Below, piece after piece: positions 1-8,901 of a stretch of DNA of 64,000 nt. A program made the position numbers and the translations under genes. Below the pieces are notes generated by a model. The model had not been told where the DNA came from. It saw only the letters and a list, made by a program, of their open reading frames with translations, and searched no databases. Every line of letters begins with the position of its first letter. The stretch's first letter is position 1. Source of the stretch: Candidatus Cloacimonadales bacterium (GTDB taxonomy: Bacteria > Cloacimonadota > Cloacimonadia > Cloacimonadales > JAFGVF01); assembly GCA_963662585.1 (NCBI GenBank), contig OY759729.1:3200001-3264000 (forward strand), in the 5' to 3' direction.

Positions 1-303
1 TTATTAGAAAAATACACCAATATGGGATTTGTCCCTTATATTGAAGATGATGACCAAGAAAATGAAATTCTATGGGGCACTGAATCTCAGGTTCTCTATG
101 ATAAAATTGATACTAATGGTGGCAATGCTACTAATGTTCCTAGGATTCATTTTTGGGCTAGTATTCACATGATTTATGCCAATTTTTTATGGATAATTCT
201 TTTTGTAGCTTTAGTAGTATTTACTATACTATTAATGATGTATGATTTTGATATTTCCAAGCTCTATCGTGCTATCAAAAGTCTATTTTACGATTATGTT
301 TAG
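1..303 (+). CDS. 3' part of a membrane protein, truncated by the window edge
   Basis: Frame 1 is open from base 1 to TAG at 301-303. Hydrophobic C-terminal segment FLWIILFVALVVFTILLMM. Confidence 0.6.
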   Translation, partial: LLEKYTNMGFVPYIEDDDQENEILWGTESQVLYDKIDTNGGNATNVPRIHFWASIHMIYANFLWIILFVALVVFTILLMMYDFDISKLYRAIKSLFYDYV

Positions 304-385
304 CCTGTATCATGTAATCAAGCTTCACGAAAATACAACTTAGAGACAAAATTAATAGCTTAGAATTTAAAAAATTCTTTAGTTA

Positions 386-415
386 TTGACAAAAATACAA
401 GAAACAATTATATGG
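386..415 (+). promoter_or_regulatory. Putative promoter of the antiporter operon
   Basis: TTGACA at 386-391, 16-17 nt spacer, then TTATATGG. The TTG start used by the ORF track is this -35 box. Confidence 0.55.
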
Positions 416-442
416 CGTCAAGTTTTGAAAAAGGTGGTTCTT

Positions 443-901
443 ATGAGAATACTTCAAATTAGTGACTTTATTGATGAAACAAGAATTAAAGACTTAGAGT
501 CTGATAATAAAACAGATGCTTTGAACGAAATGATTGAATTAATTTCAACATCAAGCAATATCAAAGATATTACTTCATTTAAAAAGGCAATTTTTAAAAG
601 AGAATCATTAATGAGTACTGGTATAGGTTTGGGTATCGCAATCCCTCATGCAAAAATTGCAGAATGCGAAGATTTTGTTATTGCTATAGGAAGACTCAAA
701 AACAGTATTGAGTATGAATCTCTTGATGACAAACCAGTTAATTTAATTTTCATGATTGGAGCTTCTGATAAACAAGATAAAGAATATATTCGTTTATTAT
801 CTCGCTTAGTTTTAAGATTGAAAGATAATCATGTTCATAAGGAACTTTTAAAAGCTAAAGATAGGTACGAAATCTACTCCATAATAACTTCTGCTAAATA
901 A
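443..901 (+). CDS. Stand-alone PTS EIIA (fructose/mannitol/Ntr-type) domain protein
   Basis: RE...STGIGLGIAIPHA phospho-His motif and DKPVNLIFMI. ATG at 443 follows an AAGGTGG SD. Confidence 0.9.
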   Translation: MRILQISDFIDETRIKDLESDNKTDALNEMIELISTSSNIKDITSFKKAIFKRESLMSTGIGLGIAIPHAKIAECEDFVIAIGRLKNSIEYESLDDKPVNLIFMIGASDKQDKEYIRLLSRLVLRLKDNHVHKELLKAKDRYEIYSIITSAK

Positions 902-906
902 TTCCC

Positions 907-2142
907 ATGTCAGAAGTTTCCTTAATCTTTTTCTTCCTAGCAGTTTCTCTTCTTTTATCTATACTTACAAGTAGGGGAGTCTCTCTTCTTAAAGCTCCTC
1001 TTCTCTTAGGTTATATTATAACAGGAGCAATTGTAGGAATTGTATTAGATCTCTCAATCCCAGTAAGCAATCCTTGGCAGTTCAGAGTTGATGATTATGA
1101 AATAGTGAATATTATCACTCTTTCACTCATAGGTTTTGGTATTGGTACAGAATTAGAGTACAAAGAACTAAAGAAGGTTGGTAAAACTGTATTTTGGATA
1201 ACCATCTTTGAAGCTACTCTTACTTTTATCGTTGTTAGTTTAGTTATATCATTTCTACTTCATTTCTCGATGGGATGGAAGATTGCTTTACCTTTAGGAC
1301 TACTCTTTGGCTCCTTTGCTTCAGCAACTGCTCCTGCAGGTACTGTTGATGTTATTAAACAATATAAAGCTTCTGGGAGCCTAGTAACAACCTTGTATGC
1401 AGTTTTAGGCTTAGATGATATCTTTGCTCTTCTTATCTTCACTATAACCCTTCCAATATCCATCATGCTGTTAGGCTCTAATGAATTAAGTGTCGCTGTA
1501 GCTTTATTTCATTCCCTGATAGAAGTTTTACTATCAATCTCAATAGGCTCAGCTGTAGGTTATGGATTAGCCTATTTCGGGAAGAAAGTACATGAAAAAT
1601 TTATGGTAACTTATCTTTCTTTAGGTAGCATTCTTTTAATGTGCGCAATAGCTGAACAACTAAACTTATCTCCAATTTTGATAAACATGTTTGCTGGTAT
1701 TGTGGTTGTAAATAAAAGTAAGCTTATTGCTAGGAAATTAAATATGGCACTAACAGATTGGTCTCCACCAATCTATGTTTGGTTCTTCGTTTTGATAGGA
1801 ACAAGACTTGATTTGCAATTGATTCATAAATTCTGGTTATTGATTGTAGTTTATATTATTGCAACTATGGTTGGTAAGTATAATGGAGCTTATCTAGGAG
1901 CTGTAGTTTCCAAAGCGCCTACTAAGATAAGAAGATATTTAGGTTTTACTCTATTATCTCAAGCTGGGGTGGCAATTGGTTTATCAATAGCAGCAAGCAA
2001 GTATTTAATGTCTGCAGGTTATGAAGCTGAAGCAAAATTAGTTACTTCAGTAATGACAATGACAACTTTTTTAATCATGATGATTGCCCCTAATTTTGTA
2101 AAATATGGGCTGATCAAATCAGGTGAAGCAAAATTAAATTAA
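907..2142 (+). CDS. Cation:proton antiporter (CPA2-type), paralog 1
   Basis: Multi-pass membrane protein with ASATAPAGT, GLDDI, FFVLIGTRLD and LLSQAGVAIGL motifs. Confidence 0.85.
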   Translation: MSEVSLIFFFLAVSLLLSILTSRGVSLLKAPLLLGYIITGAIVGIVLDLSIPVSNPWQFRVDDYEIVNIITLSLIGFGIGTELEYKELKKVGKTVFWITIFEATLTFIVVSLVISFLLHFSMGWKIALPLGLLFGSFASATAPAGTVDVIKQYKASGSLVTTLYAVLGLDDIFALLIFTITLPISIMLLGSNELSVAVALFHSLIEVLLSISIGSAVGYGLAYFGKKVHEKFMVTYLSLGSILLMCAIAEQLNLSPILINMFAGIVVVNKSKLIARKLNMALTDWSPPIYVWFFVLIGTRLDLQLIHKFWLLIVVYIIATMVGKYNGAYLGAVVSKAPTKIRRYLGFTLLSQAGVAIGLSIAASKYLMSAGYEAEAKLVTSVMTMTTFLIMMIAPNFVKYGLIKSGEAKLN

Positions 2143-2169
2143 ATTTAGAGTTATAATATAGGAGTTATT

Positions 2170-2487
2170 ATGTACATGATATTTCAACTATTTGATGAGA
2201 AGTTTATATCAGATGTCCTTATGGCAATAGCTGAAGCAGGTGTAGAAGACACCATTGTGCTTTCAGGTGAAGCTACTGGACATAAGCTAATATTTGACAA
2301 CCCTCTTTTTGCCTCCTTCAGAGATACCTACGGCACCCAACGCGATTATGGGAAAGTAATCATGGGTTTTGCAGATGAAGAGCAAGTTGAGTTTATTATT
2401 GACGAATTAAAACATGCAGGAATTGACATTATTGGTAAAGAATTAGGTAAAATAATTCTTATCAATTCACACAAGATTTACGAGTAG
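2170..2487 (+). CDS. Small PII-like (GlnB-fold) protein
   Basis: 105 aa. The pattern DVLMAIAEAGV..TIV..GE..G...PLFASFR...KVI...GKII resembles PII-like proteins found beside antiporters. SD GGAG. Confidence 0.5.
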   Translation: MYMIFQLFDEKFISDVLMAIAEAGVEDTIVLSGEATGHKLIFDNPLFASFRDTYGTQRDYGKVIMGFADEEQVEFIIDELKHAGIDIIGKELGKIILINSHKIYE

Positions 2488-2492
2488 ATTAT

Positions 2493-3692
2493 ATGGAACA
2501 ATATCTTTTTTTAGGCTTTATTGGAGTCGCAATCTTAATCTCCATTTTGATGGCAAAAGGAGTTTCCTATTTTCATGCACCTATGGTATTGGGATATATT
2601 TTTGCTGGTGCAGTTATAGGACAGACTATTTATCTTCTTCATATAGATATTAATTATGATACATTTGATTTAATCAATTCAATAACTCTCTCTCTGCTAG
2701 GTCTGGGTATTGGAACTGAGCTGAAAATTAAAGATTTAAAAAAGCTAGGTTCGGGTATTATAATTATAGTAATTTTAGAGGCTACAGGAGCATTTCTGTT
2801 TGTAGGTACTGTAGTATATTTAGTTACTCATAACCTTTCATTAGGACTCATTTACGGTGCTCTTGCTAGTGCTACAGCACCTGCTGGTACCACTGATGTT
2901 ATTAACCAATATAAAGCTTCAGGAAATCTTACCAAAACTCTTTATGCTGTTATGGGTTTAGATGATATATATGCTTTATTGCTCTATTCTATAACAATTC
3001 CGATAGCCATAATTCTATTAGGTTCTCATGAATTAACAGTAGGGCATGCTCTTTTAGAAGCAGGTAAAGAGTTGATTTTAGCAATTGGCATTGGTGTGGG
3101 TTCAGGTTTCTTTATTGTCTGGATTATCAAGAAAATACACGATAATATTATTATGTTATTATTTGCTCTCGGGATGCTCTTTGTTAATTGTTCAATCGCA
3201 ATAGGCTTAAACATCTCGCCGATTCTTTTAAATATGTGTGTAGGTATAGTTTTAGTTAACAGAAGTAGTTTACTTTCCAGAAAGTTGAATACTTCTCTTA
3301 GCGGATGGTCTCCACCTATTTATGTTATATTTTTTGTCTTAATAGGAACCAAATTAGATTTTCACATGATTTATGCTAATTGGATTATGATTGTGATTTA
3401 TATTCTAACTAGAACTTTTGGGAAATGGGGTGGAGCCTTCTTAGGATGTAAAATCTCCCATGCTCCAAAACTAACAACCCAATATCTAGGATTCACTCTC
3501 TTATCCCAAGCTGGTGTTGCTATTGGTCTGACTTTAGCAACCGCGCATTACTTAATTAATGCTGGTTTCAAAGATGAAGCAGGACAGCTTGTTAGTATCA
3601 TGGTTGGAACTACTTTCTTGATTATGTTAGTTGGACCTGCATCAGCTAAATATGGATTAAAGAAAGCAGGTGAAATCAAGAAGTTAAGCTGA
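2493..3692 (+). CDS. Cation:proton antiporter (CPA2-type), paralog 2
   Basis: Same motifs as 907..2142 (ASATAPAGT, GLDDI, TRTFGK, LLSQAGVAIGL). Confidence 0.85.
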   Translation: MEQYLFLGFIGVAILISILMAKGVSYFHAPMVLGYIFAGAVIGQTIYLLHIDINYDTFDLINSITLSLLGLGIGTELKIKDLKKLGSGIIIIVILEATGAFLFVGTVVYLVTHNLSLGLIYGALASATAPAGTTDVINQYKASGNLTKTLYAVMGLDDIYALLLYSITIPIAIILLGSHELTVGHALLEAGKELILAIGIGVGSGFFIVWIIKKIHDNIIMLLFALGMLFVNCSIAIGLNISPILLNMCVGIVLVNRSSLLSRKLNTSLSGWSPPIYVIFFVLIGTKLDFHMIYANWIMIVIYILTRTFGKWGGAFLGCKISHAPKLTTQYLGFTLLSQAGVAIGLTLATAHYLINAGFKDEAGQLVSIMVGTTFLIMLVGPASAKYGLKKAGEIKKLS

Positions 3693-3711
3693 AATTAAAT
3701 TAGTTGTTAAT

Positions 3712-3737
3712 GTAGGGCGAAACATTTTTCGCCCTTC
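3712..3737 (+). repeat. GTAG-class REP-like palindrome
   Basis: GTAGGGCGAAACATTTTTCGCCCTTC: GTAG leader plus an AGGGCGAAA/TTTCGCCCT stem. Confidence 0.6.
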
Positions 3738-3765
3738 TAAACAAAGAAAAGAATAAAGACTGCTT

Positions 3766-3813
3766 AAAACCCTTCTTAATCTTTAAAAGGATTGTCATAA
3801 GAAGGGGTTTTTT
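3766..3813. terminator. Hairpin between convergent operons, probably a bidirectional terminator
   Basis: AAAACCCTTCTTA...TAAGAAGGGGTTTT followed by a T run. Confidence 0.6.
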
Positions 3814-3839
3814 CTTATTGGAAGAATTATTATATAAAC

Positions 3840-4658
3840 TTAATTTAAATCATTATCCAAGAAAAGCTGATAGAGTTTATTCTTTTTTAAATTATACTCT
3901 TTGCTCATCTCTTTAGCAATACTGCTTACAGATTTCCCTGCAGAAATTAGTTTTTTAGCTTCTTCCAGAATCATCTCATCATTGATTACTTTTTCTTTAC
4001 AGCCCTCGATAACAACCACAAATTCACCTTTCAAGGTTATTTCTTCAAAATTGGTTATAAAATGTGAGATTTTTCCTCGATATACACTTTGGAATAATTT
4101 ACTAATTTCCCTAACAATGGCAATTTCTCTATCACCTAAATACTCTTTAAACTCCAGTAATGTTCTTTCTAAACTATGAGGCGAAACATAAAAAATAAGA
4201 GTTTCAGAATGTTGCTTTAACTGGTCAAATAAGTGCAATTTATCTTTATTTTTCTCTGGCAAGAAGCCACAAAAGGTGAAACTATCTGTGCTAAGTCCTG
4301 ATAAAATAAGAGCAGGTATGGTTGCAGTAGCTCCAGGTAAAACATCGAAAGAAATATTATTACTAATTGCTTCTTTGATTAAATATGAAGATGGGTCAGA
4401 TATCCCTGGTGTTCCTGCATCGGATATCACTGCTAATTCAAGACCCTCCTTCAACTTAGTAATAAGTTCCTGAGAGCGTTGGCTTTCATTAAATTTATGA
4501 TAACTGATTGTAGGGGTATTGATTTCAAAATGCTTTAACAACTTTTTAGATGTTCTTGTATCTTCACAGGCTATCAAATCAACGCTTTTTAAAATTCGAA
4601 GTGCTCTTAAAGTAATATCTTCTAAATTTCCAATAGGGGTAGGTACAATATATAACAT
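3840..4658 (-). CDS. rsmI: 16S rRNA (C1402-2'-O)-methyltransferase
   Basis: LYIVPTPIGNLEDITLRA, ACEDTR, SDAGTPGISDP, REISK and KGEFV motifs. Confidence 0.95.
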   Translation of the reverse strand: MLYIVPTPIGNLEDITLRALRILKSVDLIACEDTRTSKKLLKHFEINTPTISYHKFNESQRSQELITKLKEGLELAVISDAGTPGISDPSSYLIKEAISNNISFDVLPGATATIPALILSGLSTDSFTFCGFLPEKNKDKLHLFDQLKQHSETLIFYVSPHSLERTLLEFKEYLGDREIAIVREISKLFQSVYRGKISHFITNFEEITLKGEFVVVIEGCKEKVINDEMILEEAKKLISAGKSVSSIAKEMSKEYNLKKNKLYQLFLDNDLN

Positions 4659-4727
4659 AACTTCCTTAAAAAATATATTGCTGAGGTGTTTTCAAGCTAA
4701 CCTCAGCAATATTTAATATCTATTTAA

Positions 4728-5915
4728 TTAGATGATATTCATCTCTTTACCGATTTCGATGAAAGCATTGATTGCTTTGTCTAACATTTCTTGAGTGTGG
4801 GCTGCAGATAGCTGAACTCTAATTCTAGCTTTTCCTTTAGGAACTACCGGATAAACGAATCCAATAACATAGATTCCTTTGGCAAGAAGTCTATTAGCTA
4901 ATTCAACAGCTTTAGGAGCATCATAAAGCATTACAGGAACAATAGCAGTGTTTCCTTTAACTATATCGAAACCTGCGTCAATCATTTTACTTCTGAAGTA
5001 ATTAGCATTATCCCAAGTCTTTTGAATTATAGAAGGATCGTTTTCTAACAATTCAATAACTTTAAGGGTTCCACCAACAACAGAAGGGCTTACAGTGTTT
5101 GAGAATAAATAAGGACGAGATCTCTGTCTTAATAATTCGATAATTTCTTTTCTACCAGAAGTACATCCACCATTAGCTCCACCTAAGGCTTTACCAAAGG
5201 TAGTTGTAATGATATCTACTCTTCCTTCAACTCCACAAGCATAGTGAGTTCCTCTTCCACCAGTTCCTATATAACCAGTAGCATGAGAGTCATCAACCAT
5301 TACTAATGAGTCATATTTATCAGCTAAATCACAAATCTCTTTTAATTTAGCGATATCTCCATCCATGGAAAAAACACCATCAGTACAAATGAGACGATAT
5401 TTTGCATCTTTAGCTGCAATAAGTTGTTCTTCAAGCTCTTCCATATTAGAATGTTTGTATCTGTATCTTTTAGCTTTACATAATCTAACACCATCAATAA
5501 TGGATGCGTGATTTAACTCATCAGATATTATAGCACAATCTTCATCAAGAAGTGGTTCAAAGATTCCGCCATTTGCATCGAAGGCCGCTACATAAAGAAT
5601 TGTATCTTCAGTACCTAGGAATTTAGAAACTTTCTCTTCTAATTTCTTATGAATATCTTGAGTTCCACAAATAAATCTTACTGAAGATAAACCATATCCT
5701 CTCTCAGACATTATCTCTTGAGAAGCTTTTACCACTTCAGGGTGGTTAGCTAAACCTAAATAGTTATTAGCACAAAAATTGAGAACTTCTTGTCCATTCT
5801 GAAGCTTAATACTGCCACCTTGAGGTGAAGCGATGATTCTCTCTTCTTTGTACAATCCTTGTTCTTTTAATTCAACAAATAGATTTTGTAAGTCTGTTTT
5901 CATTTGTTTGAACAT
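4728..5915 (-). CDS. kbl: Glycine C-acetyltransferase (2-amino-3-ketobutyrate CoA ligase)
   Basis: LNFCANNYLGLA, SVRFICGTQ, LNHASIIDG, TFGKALGG (PLP Lys) and ARIRVQLSAAH. Confidence 0.95.
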   Translation of the reverse strand: MFKQMKTDLQNLFVELKEQGLYKEERIIASPQGGSIKLQNGQEVLNFCANNYLGLANHPEVVKASQEIMSERGYGLSSVRFICGTQDIHKKLEEKVSKFLGTEDTILYVAAFDANGGIFEPLLDEDCAIISDELNHASIIDGVRLCKAKRYRYKHSNMEELEEQLIAAKDAKYRLICTDGVFSMDGDIAKLKEICDLADKYDSLVMVDDSHATGYIGTGGRGTHYACGVEGRVDIITTTFGKALGGANGGCTSGRKEIIELLRQRSRPYLFSNTVSPSVVGGTLKVIELLENDPSIIQKTWDNANYFRSKMIDAGFDIVKGNTAIVPVMLYDAPKAVELANRLLAKGIYVIGFVYPVVPKGKARIRVQLSAAHTQEMLDKAINAFIEIGKEMNII

Positions 5916-5939
5916 CTTATTCCTCCAATAATTTCTTTA

Positions 5940-6650
5940 TTATTTACTGTTAATAATCTCTTTCATTTCTGAAACTGCATTTCCTAATCCGGTAAATACA
6001 GCTTTCGATATTATAGAATGACCTATATTATATTCTGTGAATATATCTAACTCCAAGAGGGGAAAGATATTTTTGTAATTTAAACCATGTCCAGCGACAA
6101 CTCTCATTCCTGCCGATTTGATAGCTTTAGCTCCTTTTAAGAGACGCTTCAATTCCTCTTCATAATCACCTTCTTGGAATTTTTCAGCATATCTACCTGT
6201 ATGAAGTTCAACAGCATCAGAACCACATTTTGCTGCTAATTTAATCATTTCAAGGTCAGCTTCTATGAATAAACTAACCTCTATTTTAGCATTTTTAAGT
6301 TGTTCTACTACTTCCTTAACTTCATTAGTTATTAGAAGACCACCCTCTGTAGTAATTTCTTCCCTTTTTTCTGGAACAAGTGTTACTGTATCTGGTTTAA
6401 TTTGCTTAGCTATTGTTACCATTTCAGGGATTGGTGCCATTTCTAAATTGAGCTTAGTCTGAACTACCTCTTTTAAAATTTGTACATCTCTGAACTGAAT
6501 GTGTCTTCTATCTTCTCTGAGATGAACTGTGATCTGATCAGCACCATTTTGCTCAGCAATAAAAGCACCATAGACAGGATCCGGTTCAATCCCCTTTCTA
6601 GCTTGTCTAATCGTCGCTATATGATCTATATTTACACCTAAAGCAATCAT
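5940..6650 (-). CDS. pdxJ: Pyridoxine 5'-phosphate synthase
   Basis: LGVNIDHIATIRQAR, ITVHLREDRRHI, TTEGGL, AGHGL and NIGHSII. Confidence 0.95.
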   Translation of the reverse strand: MIALGVNIDHIATIRQARKGIEPDPVYGAFIAEQNGADQITVHLREDRRHIQFRDVQILKEVVQTKLNLEMAPIPEMVTIAKQIKPDTVTLVPEKREEITTEGGLLITNEVKEVVEQLKNAKIEVSLFIEADLEMIKLAAKCGSDAVELHTGRYAEKFQEGDYEEELKRLLKGAKAIKSAGMRVVAGHGLNYKNIFPLLELDIFTEYNIGHSIISKAVFTGLGNAVSEMKEIINSK

Positions 6651-7005
6651 TATATATCTCCAAATTATTGTTTGTGTTTAGATAATTATCCTTAGCTAAA
6701 TTGGCAAGAAAAATCTCTAAGAAATTTTATTAAGTAATAATGAATTCTTGATTCTAAGAAAATCTAAACTTTATTAGTTTCTTTATCAGAAAAGTTACTA
6801 AAGATTTAAGATTTGAATATTTGCTTTATCTTACATAAAAATAAAGCAAAAGACCTTATGAATAGCAGTATATTTATCTGCCAAAGTTTATCCTAAGAAC
6901 TAAGGCTTATAATTAAAATTCTATTGCACTATCTGGGTAAATAGATCTATAAATGCAAGTAGTGCCTAATAGTTAGCTTTAACTCGATCTCCCTTTTATT
7001 TTCAC

Positions 7006-7078
7006 TGCTCCTTCTCAGCTATCACAAATAATATTTAGCATTGTATTGACATCAGTGAGAAGGAGCAGTTGTGGAGCA
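7006..7078 (+). repeat. Copy 1 of the dispersed 34-bp-core inverted-arm element
   Basis: TGCTCCTTCTCAGC (7006-7019), 34-bp core (7020-7053), AGTGAGAAGGAGCA (7054-7067), and a second GGAGCA 11 bp further out (7073-7078). Confidence 0.75.
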
Positions 7079-7093
7079 AAGAAAGATAAAGGA

Positions 7094-7341
7094 ATACAAG
7101 TTGTAACATCTACCAATCAGACCCCGATAATTGATTTACTATAATCATTTACCTTTGCTGAAGATGAAAGCTGATAGTTGATATCAATCAATTTGTAGAA
7201 GATATAGACTGTGATTAACTTACCTTAAAAGTGAGTGATTATGAAAATGTTACAGCAGTTATTGATGCAGTAGAGTTGGAAGTTAATGGAGTTCTTGCTG
7301 ATGGAGATAATTCTATAATTCGCAGTAGGTTTTGTAAGTAA
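7094..7341 (+). pseudogene. Decayed fragment of a cadherin-like/Ig-like (tandem-95 type) surface-protein repeat
   Basis: Reads IQVVTSTNQTPIIDLL*SFTFAEDES, frameshift at about 7171, then LIVDINQFVEDIDCD*LTLKVSDYENVTAVID. This matches the N.P.I.LP.SFTFAED.SL.VD....V.D.D.D.LTL repeat pattern. Confidence 0.65.
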
Positions 7342-7603
7342 TATGCAAAGTTCTAGTAGATTATTTGCTTTAAAGCTCGTAAAAAGAGAAAGCTTGTAGC
7401 TACTATTTTCGTCAAAATAATATTATCCTCTAAGAAATTAGACATTATTTAAAAAAATAGCTCTGTGATATAACACATTTTTAACTTTTTTACATTATGG
7501 ATATTGACTGAAAAAAGGTGTTTCAAAAAAAAAATATTAGTAATTATAGTCTAAATAATCAATAGGATAGAGAATTTGGAGAAGAAAAAAGAAAAAAATG
7601 TTC

Positions 7604-7634
7604 TTGACATAAAAGCCTCTCAATATTTATATGC
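7604..7634 (+). promoter_or_regulatory. Promoter of tRNA-Arg(ACG)
   Basis: A-tract, TTGACA, 17 nt, TTATAT-GC, just upstream of the tRNA. Confidence 0.6.
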
Positions 7635-7645
7635 AAAAACGATGT

Positions 7646-7722
7646 GCGCCCATAGCTCAATTGGATAGAGTGTCTGACTACGGATCAGAAGGTTAGGGGT
7701 TCGACTCCTCTTGGGCGTGCCA
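7646..7722 (+). tRNA. tRNA-Arg(ACG)
   Basis: Cloverleaf with anticodon arm TCTGA-CTACGGA-TCAGA, TTCGA T-loop and encoded CCA. Confidence 0.97.
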
Positions 7723-7796
7723 TTTTATATAGTGTGTAGAAAGTGATTTTAAGTGATTACTAAAGTAAAAAAATGAAATTTATTTCAAAAAAAAAC

Positions 7797-7826
7797 TTGA
7801 CAGAAAATCACGGTTTTATAAATTGA
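7797..7826 (+). promoter_or_regulatory. Promoter of the five-tRNA run
   Basis: A-tract, TTGACA, 16 nt, TAAATT-G. Confidence 0.55.
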
Positions 7827-7837
7827 TAAAACATTGA

Positions 7838-7914
7838 CGCGAGATGGAGCAGTTTGGTAGCTCGTCGGGCTCATAACCCGAAGGCCGGAGGTTCAAATCC
7901 TCCTCTCGCTACCA
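7838..7914 (+). tRNA. Initiator tRNA-fMet(CAT), copy 1
   Basis: C1:U72 mismatch, GGG/CCC anticodon stem, CAT anticodon, CCA end. Confidence 0.97.
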
Positions 7915-7919
7915 TAAAT

Positions 7920-7996
7920 GGCGGCATAGCTCAGTTGGTTAGAGCACTGGAATCATAATCCAGGTGTCCGGGGTCCGAGTCCCTGTGCCGCTACCA
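7920..7996 (+). tRNA. tRNA with CAT anticodon, probably elongator Met
   Basis: GGCGGCA acceptor stem, CTGGA-ATCATAA-TCCAG anticodon arm, CCA end. Ile2 cannot be fully excluded. Confidence 0.9.
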
Positions 7997-8011
7997 TTTT
8001 TTTTATTATGT

Positions 8012-8088
8012 GCGCCGTTAGCTCAGCTGGATAGAGCATCGCCCTTCTAAGGCGAGGGTCAAAGGTTCGAATCCTTTACGGCGTACCA
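8012..8088 (+). tRNA. tRNA-Arg(TCT)
   Basis: TCGCC-CTTCTAA-GGCGA anticodon arm, TTCGAAT T-loop, CCA end. Confidence 0.97.
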
Positions 8089-8127
8089 CTTTATCAATGT
8101 ATCTAAAAATCATTAAATAATAATTAC

Positions 8128-8204
8128 GGTGGCTGTAGTTCAATTGGCAGAGCACATGATTGTGGTTCATGTTGTCGTGGGTTCGAGCCCCATCAGCCAC
8201 CCCA
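8128..8204 (+). tRNA. tRNA-His(GTG)
   Basis: G-1 plus C73, CATGA-TTGTGGT-TCATG anticodon arm, CCA end. Confidence 0.97.
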
Positions 8205-8226
8205 TTTTTATTTTTTTCACAATTGT

Positions 8227-8303
8227 CGCGAGATGGAGCAGTTTGGTAGCTCGTCGGGCTCATAACCCGAAGGCCGGAGGTTCAAATCCTCCTCTCGCTA
8301 CCA
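8227..8303 (+). tRNA. Initiator tRNA-fMet(CAT), copy 2
   Basis: Identical to 7838-7914. Confidence 0.97.
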
Positions 8304-8868
8304 ATAAGACACAAACAAAAATATTTACTTCAATCTATTACTTTTTCCTAAAGAAAGATATCCTAAAAATCCTCTTAAACTCTTATTAGATAAAGATCTA
8401 AATACTCTGCAAAATTCTACATTCCAATTATAAGTGTAGAAAAAAAACAACAAATTTCAAGCAAAAATCTAATATATATTTCATTATTTCTGCTAATGAA
8501 TTATATTTTAGTTATCTTTTACTCCTATATTTAAAAACACCATCCCTAAAAAGATAGATTTGAAATCTAACAAATCTATTTTATTATCTTACTTAAAGAA
8601 ATAAATAAGGCTTCAATTGATAGATTTAGATTCTCTAGGTCTTGGAAATTTCTTACTCTTCTTAAATACAACTTTGACCAATCAATATCTGTAACTTGCA
8701 ATCTAAAAATCATATACAAGCTTAAGTATTGAACTTTAAAGATAATTGAGGCTAATAAATAAATCTAAATAAGTGTCTTTTTATTTGTTTAGATTTCAGT
8801 AATTATTAGATTGGGCATAATCGATAATCCTTAATTAACAGAAAATATACAATATTGAAAAAAAAATC

Positions 8869-8901
8869 TTGCCAAAAAAAAATAGAGATGTTTAATTTGT
8901 C
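8869..8901 (+). promoter_or_regulatory. Putative promoter of surface protein 1
   Basis: A-tract, TTGCCA, 18 nt, TAATTT-GTC. Paralogous to 14295-14327. Confidence 0.55.

Noticed and set aside
386..442. Long upstream starts in the ORF track (386, 9013, 14436, 27107, 30689, 33508, 38136, 47350, 49728, 58770)
   Set aside because: SD position, overlaps and family N-termini favour the downstream starts reported.
7020..7053. Canonical XerCD dif site
   Set aside because: Lacks the TTATGTTAAAT XerD arm and the 11-6-11 geometry, and occurs three times in 42 kb. Kept as a distinct element.
7142..7218. Selenocysteine or stop-codon readthrough in the Ig-like fragment
   Set aside because: The stops are TAA and there is also a frameshift, so decay is the simpler explanation.
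8018..8389. ORFs 8018..8263(-) and 8129..8389(+)
   Set aside because: Shadow translations of tRNA genes.
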